From positions 272,613-336,612 of the forward strand of contig CAVZJB010000007.1 in the NCBI GenBank assembly GCA_963775425.1: a stretch of DNA of 64,000 nucleotides, in the 5' to 3' direction. The translations under genes and the position numbers were made by a program. Positions 1 to 8,618 of this stretch are shown piece after piece. How positions within the stretch are numbered: position 1 is the first letter of the stretch; every line of letters begins with the position of its first letter. The notes below the pieces were generated by a model that worked only from the letters and a program-made list of their open reading frames with translations, was not told the DNA's origin and made no database searches. This stretch comes from an uncultured delta proteobacterium (GTDB taxonomy: Bacteria > Myxococcota > UBA727 > VGSZ01).

Positions 1-227
1 ATGGGGTTTCCGAGGACGACGACCTGGTAGTCGAGGAACATCTCGCCCGAGAGCGCGCCCTGGGCGTCCTCGTCGATGATGGCGCTGAGCTTCTTGCTGT
101 CGGCGCCGCACTCGTAGGTGCCCTTCCAGCCCCCGTCGATGTTGGGGCCGGCGGCCGCGGGGTCGGCGCCGCAGCCGGCGGCGCAGGAGGACAGGACGAA
201 GGCGGCGAGGAAGACGCGCATGTTCAT
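1..227 (-). CDS. Hypothetical lipoprotein, 3' end outside the window
   Basis: Manual translation MNMRVFLAAFVLSSCAAGCGADPAAAGPNIDGGWKGTYECG...; signal peptide with lipobox-like AAGC; ATG overlaps the crcB stop (ATGA). Confidence 0.7.
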   Translation of the reverse strand, partial: MNMRVFLAAFVLSSCAAGCGADPAAAGPNIDGGWKGTYECGADSKKLSAIIDEDAQGALSGEMFLDYQVVVLGNP

Positions 228-613
228 GCCGGCGACAGCGGGCTCAGGGCGCGGCCGACGAGGATGCCGGCGACGCCCGCGAGCCCGCACAGGACGAGGG
301 TGGCGACGAGGTAGATCGCGGAGCTGTACGTCGAGGTGGTGCGAAACAGCGACGTGGCGTCCCAGTTGAAGCTCGAGTACGTGGTGAGCCCGCCGCAGAA
401 GCCGATGGTGACGGCCTCGCGGAGGTCCTCGTTCATGCGCACGCCCCGGTTGAACACCTCCATGACCATCGCGAGGAGGAAGCAGCCGAGGACGTTGACG
501 ACGAGGGTGCCGAGCGGCCACTCCTTGGTCAGGAAATTGCGGGTGAAGAGACCGACCCCGTAGCGACAACTGGTCCCGAGGGCGCCGCCGAGAGCGATGT
601 AGAGCACCCGCAT
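224..613 (-). CDS. crcB: Fluoride efflux channel Fluc/CrcB
   Basis: About 129 aa, 4 TM; motifs GGALG..RY, GTLVVNVLGCF, GFCGGLTTYSSF; start set at MRVLYIALGG. Confidence 0.93.
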   Translation of the reverse strand: MRVLYIALGGALGTSCRYGVGLFTRNFLTKEWPLGTLVVNVLGCFLLAMVMEVFNRGVRMNEDLREAVTIGFCGGLTTYSSFNWDATSLFRTTSTYSSAIYLVATLVLCGLAGVAGILVGRALSPLSPA

Positions 614-677
614 CGCCCCACTGTACCCAAAGGCCGCGGGGCGTTGCCAAACAGCGTCCAACGGGAAATCCGCGGGC

Positions 678-1772
678 GTGCACTCCGCTCACCGAGACCT
701 CGCCGCCCGCTCCGTCCTCCGGGTCCCCCGGGTCGTCCCCGTCCTCCGCGTCCTCCGCGGGGCGGGGGCCTGCGCCGCCGCCCTGCTCTGCGCGCTTGCC
801 GCGAGCGCCTGCCAGCCGGACGCCGCGCCGGCGCTCCCCTCCTTTCGCGCCGTCACGTTCAACACGGGCACCACGTCGTCGGTGACCCACAACGCCGGGG
901 AAAACGGCGGCTACGGCGACGACCAGGCCGGGTACTCCGACACGTACTACGGCAACGGCCTCGCCTGGGCCGCCGCCGTCGACGACGTCCACGCCTTCTT
1001 CGCCGACGCCGGCGCCGACGTCGTCGCGTTCCAGGAGATCTTCTCGAACCTCGACTGCGCCGACATCCCCGCCGAGGCGCGCGCGGGCTTCGTGTGCGAG
1101 AGCTGGCAGGAGGGCGATCCGTCCGTGGCGCAGCAGGTGCTCGGCCCCGACTACGCCGTCGCCTGCAACCTCGGAAAGCCCGACAAGTGCCTGGCGGTGA
1201 AGAAGAGCTTCGGCCACATCCGCGGCTGCGACGGCGACCTCTGCCTCGACGGCCTCGCCGGCGGCGTCGTCGACGGCTGCGGCGGCGGCTCACGCATCGG
1301 CCGCGGCGTCATCGACCTCGCCGACGGCGGCTCGCTCACCGTCGTCACCGTCCACGGCACCTCGGGCATGGCCGCCGGCGACATGGACTGCCGCGTGAAG
1401 GAGTTCCGCCAGGTCTTCGTCGACCTCAAAGACGGCTCCGACAAGCCCGGCGCCGACGGCGCGCACAACCTCATCCTCGGCGACTTCAACACCGACCCGG
1501 CGCGGCTCGCCGGAGCGGACCCGAGCGCCGACGAGATCGACGCGCGCGTCAACTTCGAGACGCCCTTCGACTTCATCTCGCCCATCGGCAAGGACGTCGC
1601 CCCCACGTACGCCGGCCTCGTCAACATCGACCACGTCATCAGCGACTCGCTGGTGGGCGCGTGCTTCTCGAGCGGCATCACCCCGGGGACGCCGCCGCCG
1701 TCGGCCGTCAGCTACTTCGACCATCACCCCATGGTCTGCGACGTCGGCCCCGCCGGTGACGACGTGCCTTGA
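678..1772 (+). CDS. Endonuclease/exonuclease/phosphatase (EEP) family lipoprotein
   Basis: EEP motifs TFN, VVAFQE, GDFN, IDHV, DHHP; lipobox-like AASAC; many Cys; start uncertain. Confidence 0.8.
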   Translation: MHSAHRDLAARSVLRVPRVVPVLRVLRGAGACAAALLCALAASACQPDAAPALPSFRAVTFNTGTTSSVTHNAGENGGYGDDQAGYSDTYYGNGLAWAAAVDDVHAFFADAGADVVAFQEIFSNLDCADIPAEARAGFVCESWQEGDPSVAQQVLGPDYAVACNLGKPDKCLAVKKSFGHIRGCDGDLCLDGLAGGVVDGCGGGSRIGRGVIDLADGGSLTVVTVHGTSGMAAGDMDCRVKEFRQVFVDLKDGSDKPGADGAHNLILGDFNTDPARLAGADPSADEIDARVNFETPFDFISPIGKDVAPTYAGLVNIDHVISDSLVGACFSSGITPGTPPPSAVSYFDHHPMVCDVGPAGDDVP

Positions 1773-1781
1773 GCGCGGCGG

Positions 1782-2525
1782 TCACACATCGTGCACCCAG
1801 TACGTCACGTGCACACCCTGCTCGCAGCGCGAAAACGCGAGCGCGCCGGGCGGTGACTCTCCCCGGGCGAGCTTGAGCACCACGCGCCGCCGCGCCACGC
1901 GCGCGGCCTCGGTGAGCAGCTCCTGCGAGGCGCTGCCGCCGACGGCGAAGGCGCGCAGCAGGGCGAAGGCGGGCGCGCTCTTTTGCGCCCGCTTCATCAT
2001 CGGGTCGAGGAAGACGACGTCGACGGCGTCGCTGTCCTGCTCGCGCAGCACCTCGAGCGCCCCGCCTGCGCGCAGCTCGATGTGCGCGCCGTGATCGCGG
2101 GCGAAGCGGGCGACGCCGTCTTCGAGGAGCGCGTGCAGGACCGGGCTCCCCTCCACCCCGACAACGCGGCATCCGGTGAAGGACGCCGCGTGGAGCGCGT
2201 CGTTGGCGAGGCCGAGCGTGGCGTCGAGCATCGACGCGAGCGGCTCGCCCGCGCTGATGGCCCGGATGAAGGGGTGGCGCGCGCCCTCGCCGAGCTTGGT
2301 GGCGAGCAAGCCCTCCTGCACGAAGCAACTGCGGCCGGCGTCGTCGCGCACCTCTTCGCGACGACGTCCGACGACGTACACGTAGCCGCCGCAGCCGGCC
2401 GCGAACATCTCGGCGAGCCCGCGTCGGGGCAGGACGGGCGCCGCGAAGCGCTCCGCAAGCGACCGCGCCCGCGCGAGTTGCGCGGGCGCGGGCCTTCGGC
2501 ACGTGGTGACCGCGAGCGAGCTCAG
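1782..2525 (-). CDS. Class I SAM-dependent methyltransferase, RsmJ/YhiQ-like
   Basis: LDATLGLANDA (motif I), DVVFLDPM, ARRRVVLK; start uncertain, possibly a CTG overlapping the upstream TGA. Confidence 0.78.
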   Translation of the reverse strand: MSSLAVTTCRRPAPAQLARARSLAERFAAPVLPRRGLAEMFAAGCGGYVYVVGRRREEVRDDAGRSCFVQEGLLATKLGEGARHPFIRAISAGEPLASMLDATLGLANDALHAASFTGCRVVGVEGSPVLHALLEDGVARFARDHGAHIELRAGGALEVLREQDSDAVDVVFLDPMMKRAQKSAPAFALLRAFAVGGSASQELLTEAARVARRRVVLKLARGESPPGALAFSRCEQGVHVTYWVHDV

Positions 2526-4141
2526 AAGCAGGTGAAGTTCGTCTGCATCGTGTCGATCGGCGTGACGGTGGTGCCACCGTTGACGTCGACGCGGGCGACG
2601 GTCCAGGCGTCGTCCGTGTTGTTGAAGTGGCCGGTCATCGCCTGCACGAGCGCCCCACCGACGAAGATCTTCACCTCGAGGTCGGTGGCGGTGAAGCTGC
2701 TGTAGTTGGGGTTGCCGCTGTAGGCGTGCACGAGGATCTCGTAGGAGCCGTTGGCGGGCTGATCGATGTTGATGTTCTCGGGGCCGAAGCCCTCGAGGTC
2801 GTCGATGTCGAGGCTCGGGTCGCCCGCGGTCTGTCCGGGCTGGCCGTCCCAGTCGAGCGACGAGTAGGTGCAGTCGCCGTAGTAGCAATCGTCCTGCGAG
2901 CACCAGCCGGGGTTGTTGCCCCTGCCGAGGTGGAGGTCGATGTCGTCGACGGACGCCGACCACGTGAGCTGCACGTGCAGGCCCTCGGTGGGCACCGCGT
3001 TGAGCGTGATGGTGGCGTCGTTGGCGGACTGCGCGCCGTTGCTGTCGGTGACGACGAGGCTGATGCGGAAGGTGCCGGCGACGTCGAGGCCGCTGACCAC
3101 GCCCGCGGCGCTGTCGAACTGGAAGCCGGTGTCCACGCCCGTGGGGTTCGACAGGCGCACGGTGGAGTCCGTCGGCTGCTCGACGATGTTCCACTGGTAG
3201 GAGACGATGGTGCCCGTCTGCGCCACGCTCTGGTCGCCGCTGAGGACGACGTCATCGAGGGGCTCCACCGGCGGCGTCTGCTGCGAGTTGGCCACGCCGT
3301 TGATGCTCTTGACCCGCGCCACCGCCGTCGGCGCGCTCGCGCCCTGCACGACGAGGGGCACGTTGACCGACGGGTTCTGGCAGTCGTTGCTGCCGATGAT
3401 GAGGGTGCCGTTGAACTGCGTGACGCTCGACGGACGCGCGTAGAACGCGACGGTGGCCGCCGTGCCCGGCTGCACGAAGGTGGGCACGGGGAAGACGCTG
3501 GCGGCGCCGAAGACGTCGGCGGGCGTGTCGCTCGAGAAGCCGATGCTGTCGATCTCCAGCTCCTGGTTTCCGTCGTTTTGCAGCGAGAGCTGGCAGTTGC
3601 CCTCGGCGCCGACGCCGACCGAGCCGAAGTCGCACTGCGACGGGTTCACGGCGAGCACCGGGCAGCCGAGGTCCTTGCCGGTGGCCGTGAGCGCGATGAC
3701 GACGTCTTCGCCCTGGGCGAGGTTCTCCGCGTCGCTCTTGATGATGACGTTGGCTGTCTCGTCCGTCTCCGTCTGCGGCGCGTACTTGATGGTCACCATC
3801 TTGCCGATGGCGCCGGTGGCGCTCTCCACCACGTCGGGCACCGTGCCTTCGACGGTGAAGTTGGGCGAGCCGTCGATGGTGATGGACTGGATGTTCAGGT
3901 CCACCTGCGTCGGGTTCTTGATGACGAACGAGAACAGCTTGGGCCGGCCGATGCCGACCTGGCCGTAGTCGTAGGCGCAGTCCTTGATGAAGTCCGTGGC
4001 GCAGACCGAGAAAGTCGCGTCGTACGGGTCACCAATTTCGATCTTTGGCGCCAGGACCTGCAGGGGCTCGCCACATCGGCAGGCGCCGAAAGCAGTGGCA
4101 CCGAAGAGGAGGCTGATAATGGCGATCCGCGACGTCTGCAT
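2522..4141 (-). CDS. Surface lipoprotein with Ig-like (choice-of-anchor D/ASH-like) domains, a PKD-like domain and a YfaP-like C-terminus
   Basis: Lipobox AFGAC; two DF/YGxV..IxN beta-sandwich repeats; SYQW..LVVTD; DIDLH...LDIDD..GFGPENI; SD GAGGTGG before ATG 4141. Confidence 0.75.
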   Translation of the reverse strand: MQTSRIAIISLLFGATAFGACRCGEPLQVLAPKIEIGDPYDATFSVCATDFIKDCAYDYGQVGIGRPKLFSFVIKNPTQVDLNIQSITIDGSPNFTVEGTVPDVVESATGAIGKMVTIKYAPQTETDETANVIIKSDAENLAQGEDVVIALTATGKDLGCPVLAVNPSQCDFGSVGVGAEGNCQLSLQNDGNQELEIDSIGFSSDTPADVFGAASVFPVPTFVQPGTAATVAFYARPSSVTQFNGTLIIGSNDCQNPSVNVPLVVQGASAPTAVARVKSINGVANSQQTPPVEPLDDVVLSGDQSVAQTGTIVSYQWNIVEQPTDSTVRLSNPTGVDTGFQFDSAAGVVSGLDVAGTFRISLVVTDSNGAQSANDATITLNAVPTEGLHVQLTWSASVDDIDLHLGRGNNPGWCSQDDCYYGDCTYSSLDWDGQPGQTAGDPSLDIDDLEGFGPENINIDQPANGSYEILVHAYSGNPNYSSFTATDLEVKIFVGGALVQAMTGHFNNTDDAWTVARVDVNGGTTVTPIDTMQTNFTCF

Positions 4142-4526
4142 ACGGTCCACCTCTGAGAGATTCCGCACGAGCCGGAAGCGGGTGCGTTTGTAAGGGCGTG
4201 AATCGCACCTTGCAATCGTGATCCGCCGCACAAAGTTCAATCAATTCAAGGTAGTAGAGGGTGAGACACCTACATGTGGGGAAAAGTCATTACCAAGAGA
4301 AAAGCCACCTTTAGAAAGGTTTCGGCGGTCCCGAGATGTAGGTTTCGCCTCGGCGGAGGAGGAAGCATCGGACAGATGACCGATGCCTGGGAAGGCCGCG
4401 GAGGGACGCGGTGCTGCCGGTCGGGCCGGAGACCGCGCGTGCGCCAGGACACCAGATCAGGGGACATTGTCGGGATTCTGGCGCCCTGATCGCGCGGCCG
4501 CCATCCACCGGCAGCCTGAGCCGCGG

Positions 4527-6128
4527 CTACTCGGCGGCGAGCGCGGGGGCGGCCGGGCGGGTCGACGGCGCCGGCTCGCGTTTCCGGCTGAGCACGGGAT
4601 CGATGTGGACGATGCCCTGCTGGTTCACGACCACCCGCCACCGGTAGCTGGTCACGGTGCCGGTCTGGGCGTCGCTGCACTGGGCGATGAGGTTCAGGTG
4701 ATAGACCTTGGGCATGTCGGCGTGACAGAAGGTCGCGCTCTTGTGGTCGTAGTAGGCGACCTCGTCCACGGGATCGTCGAGCCGCTTCAAGATCTCGTCG
4801 AGCGACACGCGAAACAGCTCCTGCACGCCGAAGCCCTCGGGCACCGGGTCGTCGCCGCAGGTGAAGCGCACGGAGCGGTGGTACTCGAGCACGGTCTCGA
4901 GCTCGGGCGTCACGCCGCGCACCGTGCGGTGCTTGGCGCGCAGCGTGGCGACGTCCTTCGGCACCTCGTCCTGCTCGAGCCAGCGGAGCCGCTCCTGCGC
5001 GCGCCCGGAGAACGAGCCGAGGCCGGCGGCGGCCAGGGCGTCGCCGACGACCTCGCGGTCGTGGTCGTAGCGCAGGAGCCGCTTGCTCAAGGCGACGCGC
5101 ACCCACTCCTTGATGCGGTCCTTGAGCATGTACGCGGCGACGCCGACGCCGATGAACAGCACGCTGGTGCCCGCCGACAGCCCCGCGGAGATGAGCGGCA
5201 ACTGCGCCAGCGACGCCCAGGTGGCGGCGAGGCCCGCGGCCACCATGGCGGCGGTGTTCCGATAGAACGGGTCGCGCGCGTTGCCCCGCGTGTCGACGTA
5301 GAGCGCGCTCTGCATCTCCTTTTTCAGCAGCCCCTGCCGGTACGTGAAGTACTCGGGGGAGTCGCCCGAGGGCAAAGGGAAGCCCTGCTCCACGCGGCGG
5401 CGCACCACCTCTTCTGCGGCGCGCGCGAGGAGCAGGCGCAGGCGCACCGCGGCGCCCGAGCCGTCGCGCAGCGCGGGCAGCGTGTCGACGACGGCCGCGA
5501 GCTCTGCGAGGCGCTCGTCGACGACGGCGCCGGCGAACTCCTCGGCGAACGCGAGCGAAGGCACCAGGGTGGACGGCGCCACCGTCCGGTACGCGCGCGC
5601 CTTGGCGCGCAGCCGGCGCACCGCGGCCAGCGCGCGGAGGACGTCGTTGCAGAAGGCCTGGACGTCGTGCTCGAGCGCGGTGACGTCGTCGCCGTGGCGC
5701 AGCGCCTTCATGCGCGCCGCCAGGGCGCGGGAGGCCATGGTGGCGGCGTCCGCCAGCTCGGCGCCGAGGCTCTTGGCGAGGCGCTCGAGCGACTCCGACG
5801 ACGGCGCGCGCTCCTCGATGAGCTTGGGCAGCGCGCGCCGCAGCACGCTCGCGGGGCTCGTCTCGTGCTCGAGGTCGGCGAGCTCCTCGAGCTTGAGGTT
5901 GGGCGCGTGCAGCCGCATGTAGACGTTGATGTCCTGGTAGAAGTCCTCGCGCGTCCAGGTCTGCGACGAGATGCCGAAGCCGCGCGCGAAGTAGAACCAC
6001 ACCTTGGTCTCGTAGCCGCGCTCTTCGCCCTTCCTGCGGGGCAGCCGGAAGAACTGGCGCAGCTCCACCGTGCGCCGGTCGCGCGCGACGCACTCGGGCG
6101 CCGTCCGGTCAGGGGCGAGGGCGGTCAT
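4527..6128 (-). CDS. Uncharacterised membrane protein (helical N-terminal region, two TM helices, C-terminal beta domain)
   Basis: GC3-rich codon usage from MTALAPDR; TM pair AAMVAAGLAATWA / VLFIGVGVAAYML; ATGA overlap with upstream gene. Confidence 0.8.
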   Translation of the reverse strand: MTALAPDRTAPECVARDRRTVELRQFFRLPRRKGEERGYETKVWFYFARGFGISSQTWTREDFYQDINVYMRLHAPNLKLEELADLEHETSPASVLRRALPKLIEERAPSSESLERLAKSLGAELADAATMASRALAARMKALRHGDDVTALEHDVQAFCNDVLRALAAVRRLRAKARAYRTVAPSTLVPSLAFAEEFAGAVVDERLAELAAVVDTLPALRDGSGAAVRLRLLLARAAEEVVRRRVEQGFPLPSGDSPEYFTYRQGLLKKEMQSALYVDTRGNARDPFYRNTAAMVAAGLAATWASLAQLPLISAGLSAGTSVLFIGVGVAAYMLKDRIKEWVRVALSKRLLRYDHDREVVGDALAAAGLGSFSGRAQERLRWLEQDEVPKDVATLRAKHRTVRGVTPELETVLEYHRSVRFTCGDDPVPEGFGVQELFRVSLDEILKRLDDPVDEVAYYDHKSATFCHADMPKVYHLNLIAQCSDAQTGTVTSYRWRVVVNQQGIVHIDPVLSRKREPAPSTRPAAPALAAE

Positions 6129-7609
6129 GCGCGCGGGATCCGCAGGGTGGTGCCGTCGGTGTCGACCTCGACGCCGCCGCCGAGGGGCTCGAGGAGCGGG
6201 CGGATCTGGGCGAGCGCGTCCCTGCCGAGGTCGGCCTCGAGCGCGAGCTGCACGCTGGTGTCGTCGACGGTGACGTCCACCGCGAGGGTGCGTTGGCGGC
6301 CCTCGAGGGCGCGCGCGCAGCCGGAGAGGCACGCCGACAACGCGCGCTGCACCCGGTGGCCGACGTCGACGACGAGGACGCTCGGCGCGCCCGTGACGGC
6401 GAGGTCGACGCCGGCGTGGGCGAAGCTGCCGCTGGCGTCGCCCTCGGCCTCCTTCAGGAGGTCGGCGAACGCGAGGGAGCGCACGCCCTCGACGCCGGGG
6501 AGCGTGGTGACGCCCGCCTTCACCGGGCCGCGGCCGAGCAGCACGTACAACGGCGGGACGCCGGGGCGCTTGAGCACGTGGACGGTGCCGCGGACGACGG
6601 CGCCGGGCGCCACCTCGACGTCGATCGGCTCGGGCTCGCCGTCGTCTTCGGCGGCGGCCAGGGCGCGCTCGAACGTCTCGGAAGCCGTCAGCTCCTTGAG
6701 CCGGCGGCTGGCGTTCGGGCCCTCGAGGCGCAGGACGGCGCGGGCGGGCCCGTTCAGGGAGAGCACCTCACCGTCGACCTCGAAGATCACGCAGGGCAGC
6801 GGCAGGGCGTCGACGAGCTGCGCGACGACGGCGTCGGCGGAGCCGGCGTTGGCCAGGCGCCTGCGGATCTCGGCGGCCATGCCGTCGATGGCGCGGCCGG
6901 CGTCGCCGACCTCGTCGTTCGAGCTCACCCCGGTGCGCGCCGCGAGGTCGCCCGCGCCGAGCGCCTTGGCGGCGGCGATCACCCGCCGGAGCGGCCGCTG
7001 GAAGCGCACGGCGGCGACGACGGACAGGAAGATGGCCAGGGAGATGGCGGCGGCCTCGATGTTGCGGGCGAAGCGCGTGAGGCTCTCGGTGGAGGAGCGC
7101 ACGGCGGCGAGCGGCCGGGCCACGCGGACCACGGGGGTCCCGGCCTCGCGGCTCACCGGCAGCCGGGCGGCGGCGAACAGCGCGTCGGCGCCGTTGTCGG
7201 CCCGGCGCGCGGTGCCGCGGCCGGTGGCGGCGGCGTCGCGCATCTCGACGGGATCGCGGTCGGGGGCGGCGGCGGGCTCGGAGTCGAAGAGCACCTCGCC
7301 GGCGGGCCCGAAGAGGGTGACCCGGTCGCCGGTCATGTGGGCGAGGTCGCGGGCCCGCGCCACCCGATCCGCCGGCGACAGCGGGGCGAGGACGCCGGCG
7401 CTCATCTGGGCGGTGTCGAGGAGGTCGCGGGTGGCGTCGGCGACGAGGTCGTGCTCGAGGCGGGCGGTGACGTAGACGAAGTTGGGGACGGCTGCGACGG
7501 CGAGGAGCAACACGTACGAGGACAGGAGCTTCGCGGGGAGAGGAACCCGGAGCCGGGCGAGGCTCGCCTTTCGCTCGGAGTTGTCGGGGCCGGTCACCGC
7601 GATCTTCAC
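6125..7609 (-). CDS. HAMP-domain PhoR-like membrane sensor with degenerate kinase core (putative pseudokinase)
   Basis: Two TM helices, extracytoplasmic RVTLF..GEVLFDS, HAMP ([29 protein letters not shown]), PAS-like segment; no H-box or N/G boxes visible; GTG start chosen downstream of a predicted promoter. Confidence 0.75.
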   Translation of the reverse strand: MKIAVTGPDNSERKASLARLRVPLPAKLLSSYVLLLAVAAVPNFVYVTARLEHDLVADATRDLLDTAQMSAGVLAPLSPADRVARARDLAHMTGDRVTLFGPAGEVLFDSEPAAAPDRDPVEMRDAAATGRGTARRADNGADALFAAARLPVSREAGTPVVRVARPLAAVRSSTESLTRFARNIEAAAISLAIFLSVVAAVRFQRPLRRVIAAAKALGAGDLAARTGVSSNDEVGDAGRAIDGMAAEIRRRLANAGSADAVVAQLVDALPLPCVIFEVDGEVLSLNGPARAVLRLEGPNASRRLKELTASETFERALAAAEDDGEPEPIDVEVAPGAVVRGTVHVLKRPGVPPLYVLLGRGPVKAGVTTLPGVEGVRSLAFADLLKEAEGDASGSFAHAGVDLAVTGAPSVLVVDVGHRVQRALSACLSGCARALEGRQRTLAVDVTVDDTSVQLALEADLGRDALAQIRPLLEPLGGGVEVDTDGTTLRIPRA

Positions 7610-7627
7610 CTCTTGGTCGTCGCCCTC

Positions 7628-7656
7628 AGTGTATGACCCCCCACCCGCGCTTGCCA
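7628..7656 (-). promoter_or_regulatory. Putative sigma70-type promoter of the HAMP sensor operon
   Basis: Minus strand TGGCAA-N17-TACACT. Confidence 0.5.
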
Positions 7657-7676
7657 TATCGCCGCCCGGAAGGGGC

Positions 7677-7705
7677 TTGCCACCGCGGCGGCGACCCGCT
7701 ACCTC
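7677..7705 (+). promoter_or_regulatory. Putative sigma70-type promoter of rpsR, divergent from the sensor promoter
   Basis: TTGCCA-N17-TACCTC. Confidence 0.45.
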
Positions 7706-7736
7706 CCGCGTTCCGACTTCAGGATTGGTGATCGCG

Positions 7737-7988
7737 ATGACGACGCAGACGCAGGGATCGAACAAGGGCCGCACCCGCCGCCGCCTGCAGGACTACTTCC
7801 TTCAGAACAAGGGCACGGACATCGACTACAAGAACGCCGAGCTGATGCGGCGCTTCCTGTCCCCCGAAGGCAAGATCCTGCCCGGCCGCCGCACCGGCCT
7901 GACGTCGAAGAACCAGCGCAAGATCACCAAGGCCATCAAGCGCGCCCGCGCCATCGGCCTGCTCCCCTTTACCAACCACGACGCGTAG
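7737..7988 (+). CDS. rpsR: 30S ribosomal protein bS18, Cys-free (C-) type, stand-alone
   Basis: [44 protein letters not shown]; 83 aa. Confidence 0.96.
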   Translation: MTTQTQGSNKGRTRRRLQDYFLQNKGTDIDYKNAELMRRFLSPEGKILPGRRTGLTSKNQRKITKAIKRARAIGLLPFTNHDA

Positions 7989-8600
7989 CGAGGGCTCTGC
8001 TCTCGCACTTGACCCCCGAAGGACTGGACCGCGCCGGCTGGTCCGGCGACGAGCGGCTCCCAGCGTCGACGTGCCCCGCCGCAAGAGACCGCGACCACGA
8101 CGCCCTCCGGGGCCCTGGTCCTCGGCGCTCCCCGACATCTTCGGCCACAAGCTCGAGGGCGCCTGCGGGCGGGCCCGCACAGGTCCTCGCGCGCGGCCGA
8201 CCCCGCGGACCTCGTTCTGCGCGGCCGGGCCCCGCGGACCTGCATCGCGTCCGATCCCTCGACTGGGGAGCGTGCGCCGCGGGACGGCGGCGGAGGCTCC
8301 CCGGAGCGCCTCGCGCACGGGGGCGGTCGTGGCTTCCGCGGGGTCACCCTTGTACGCGAGCGCGAGGAGGAGCCGGAGTCGCCGGCCAAGGCGTGCGCGG
8401 TCCGTCGACGTGGGGGTGACGCGGAGCCCGAGGGTGTTTCGACGAGGAGCGCCGCCGGCCGGGGCGGCGGCGAGGGCTCTGCCGAAGGGGGCCCGCCCGC
8501 AGGCGCCCTTGAGCTTGTGGATGCGGCGACGTCCGGGGAGCGCCGAGGACCAGGGCCCCCGGAGGGAGAGGCCTCGTCGCCGCACCAGGCGGCGCGGCCC
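7989..8600. repeat. Intergenic element with a roughly 75-bp imperfect inverted repeat pair and a second degenerate pair
   Basis: About 8103-8176 is the near reverse complement of about 8490-8566; about 7990-8060 resembles the reverse complement of about 8368-8432; GCGAGGGCTCTGC at 7988 and 8470. Confidence 0.7.
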
Positions 8601-8618
8601 GCTCACCCTCGGGGTTGC

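Noticed and set aside
614-680. Fluoride riboswitch upstream of crcB
   Set aside because: No recognisable consensus, and the -10 box sits 6 nt from the ATG, leaving no room for a leader
4383-7475. Very long alternative-frame ORFs (also 8517-11771, 28183-31209, 33490-37350, 42018-44462, 58613-61123 and others)
   Set aside because: Antisense or shifted shadows of real genes caused by high GC3; Arg/Ala/Gly-rich with no motifs
8410-8450. GGGGGTGAC...TTTCGAC resembling a tmRNA 5' end
   Set aside because: Spacing is wrong and there is no matching TpsiC arm or CCA 3' end downstream
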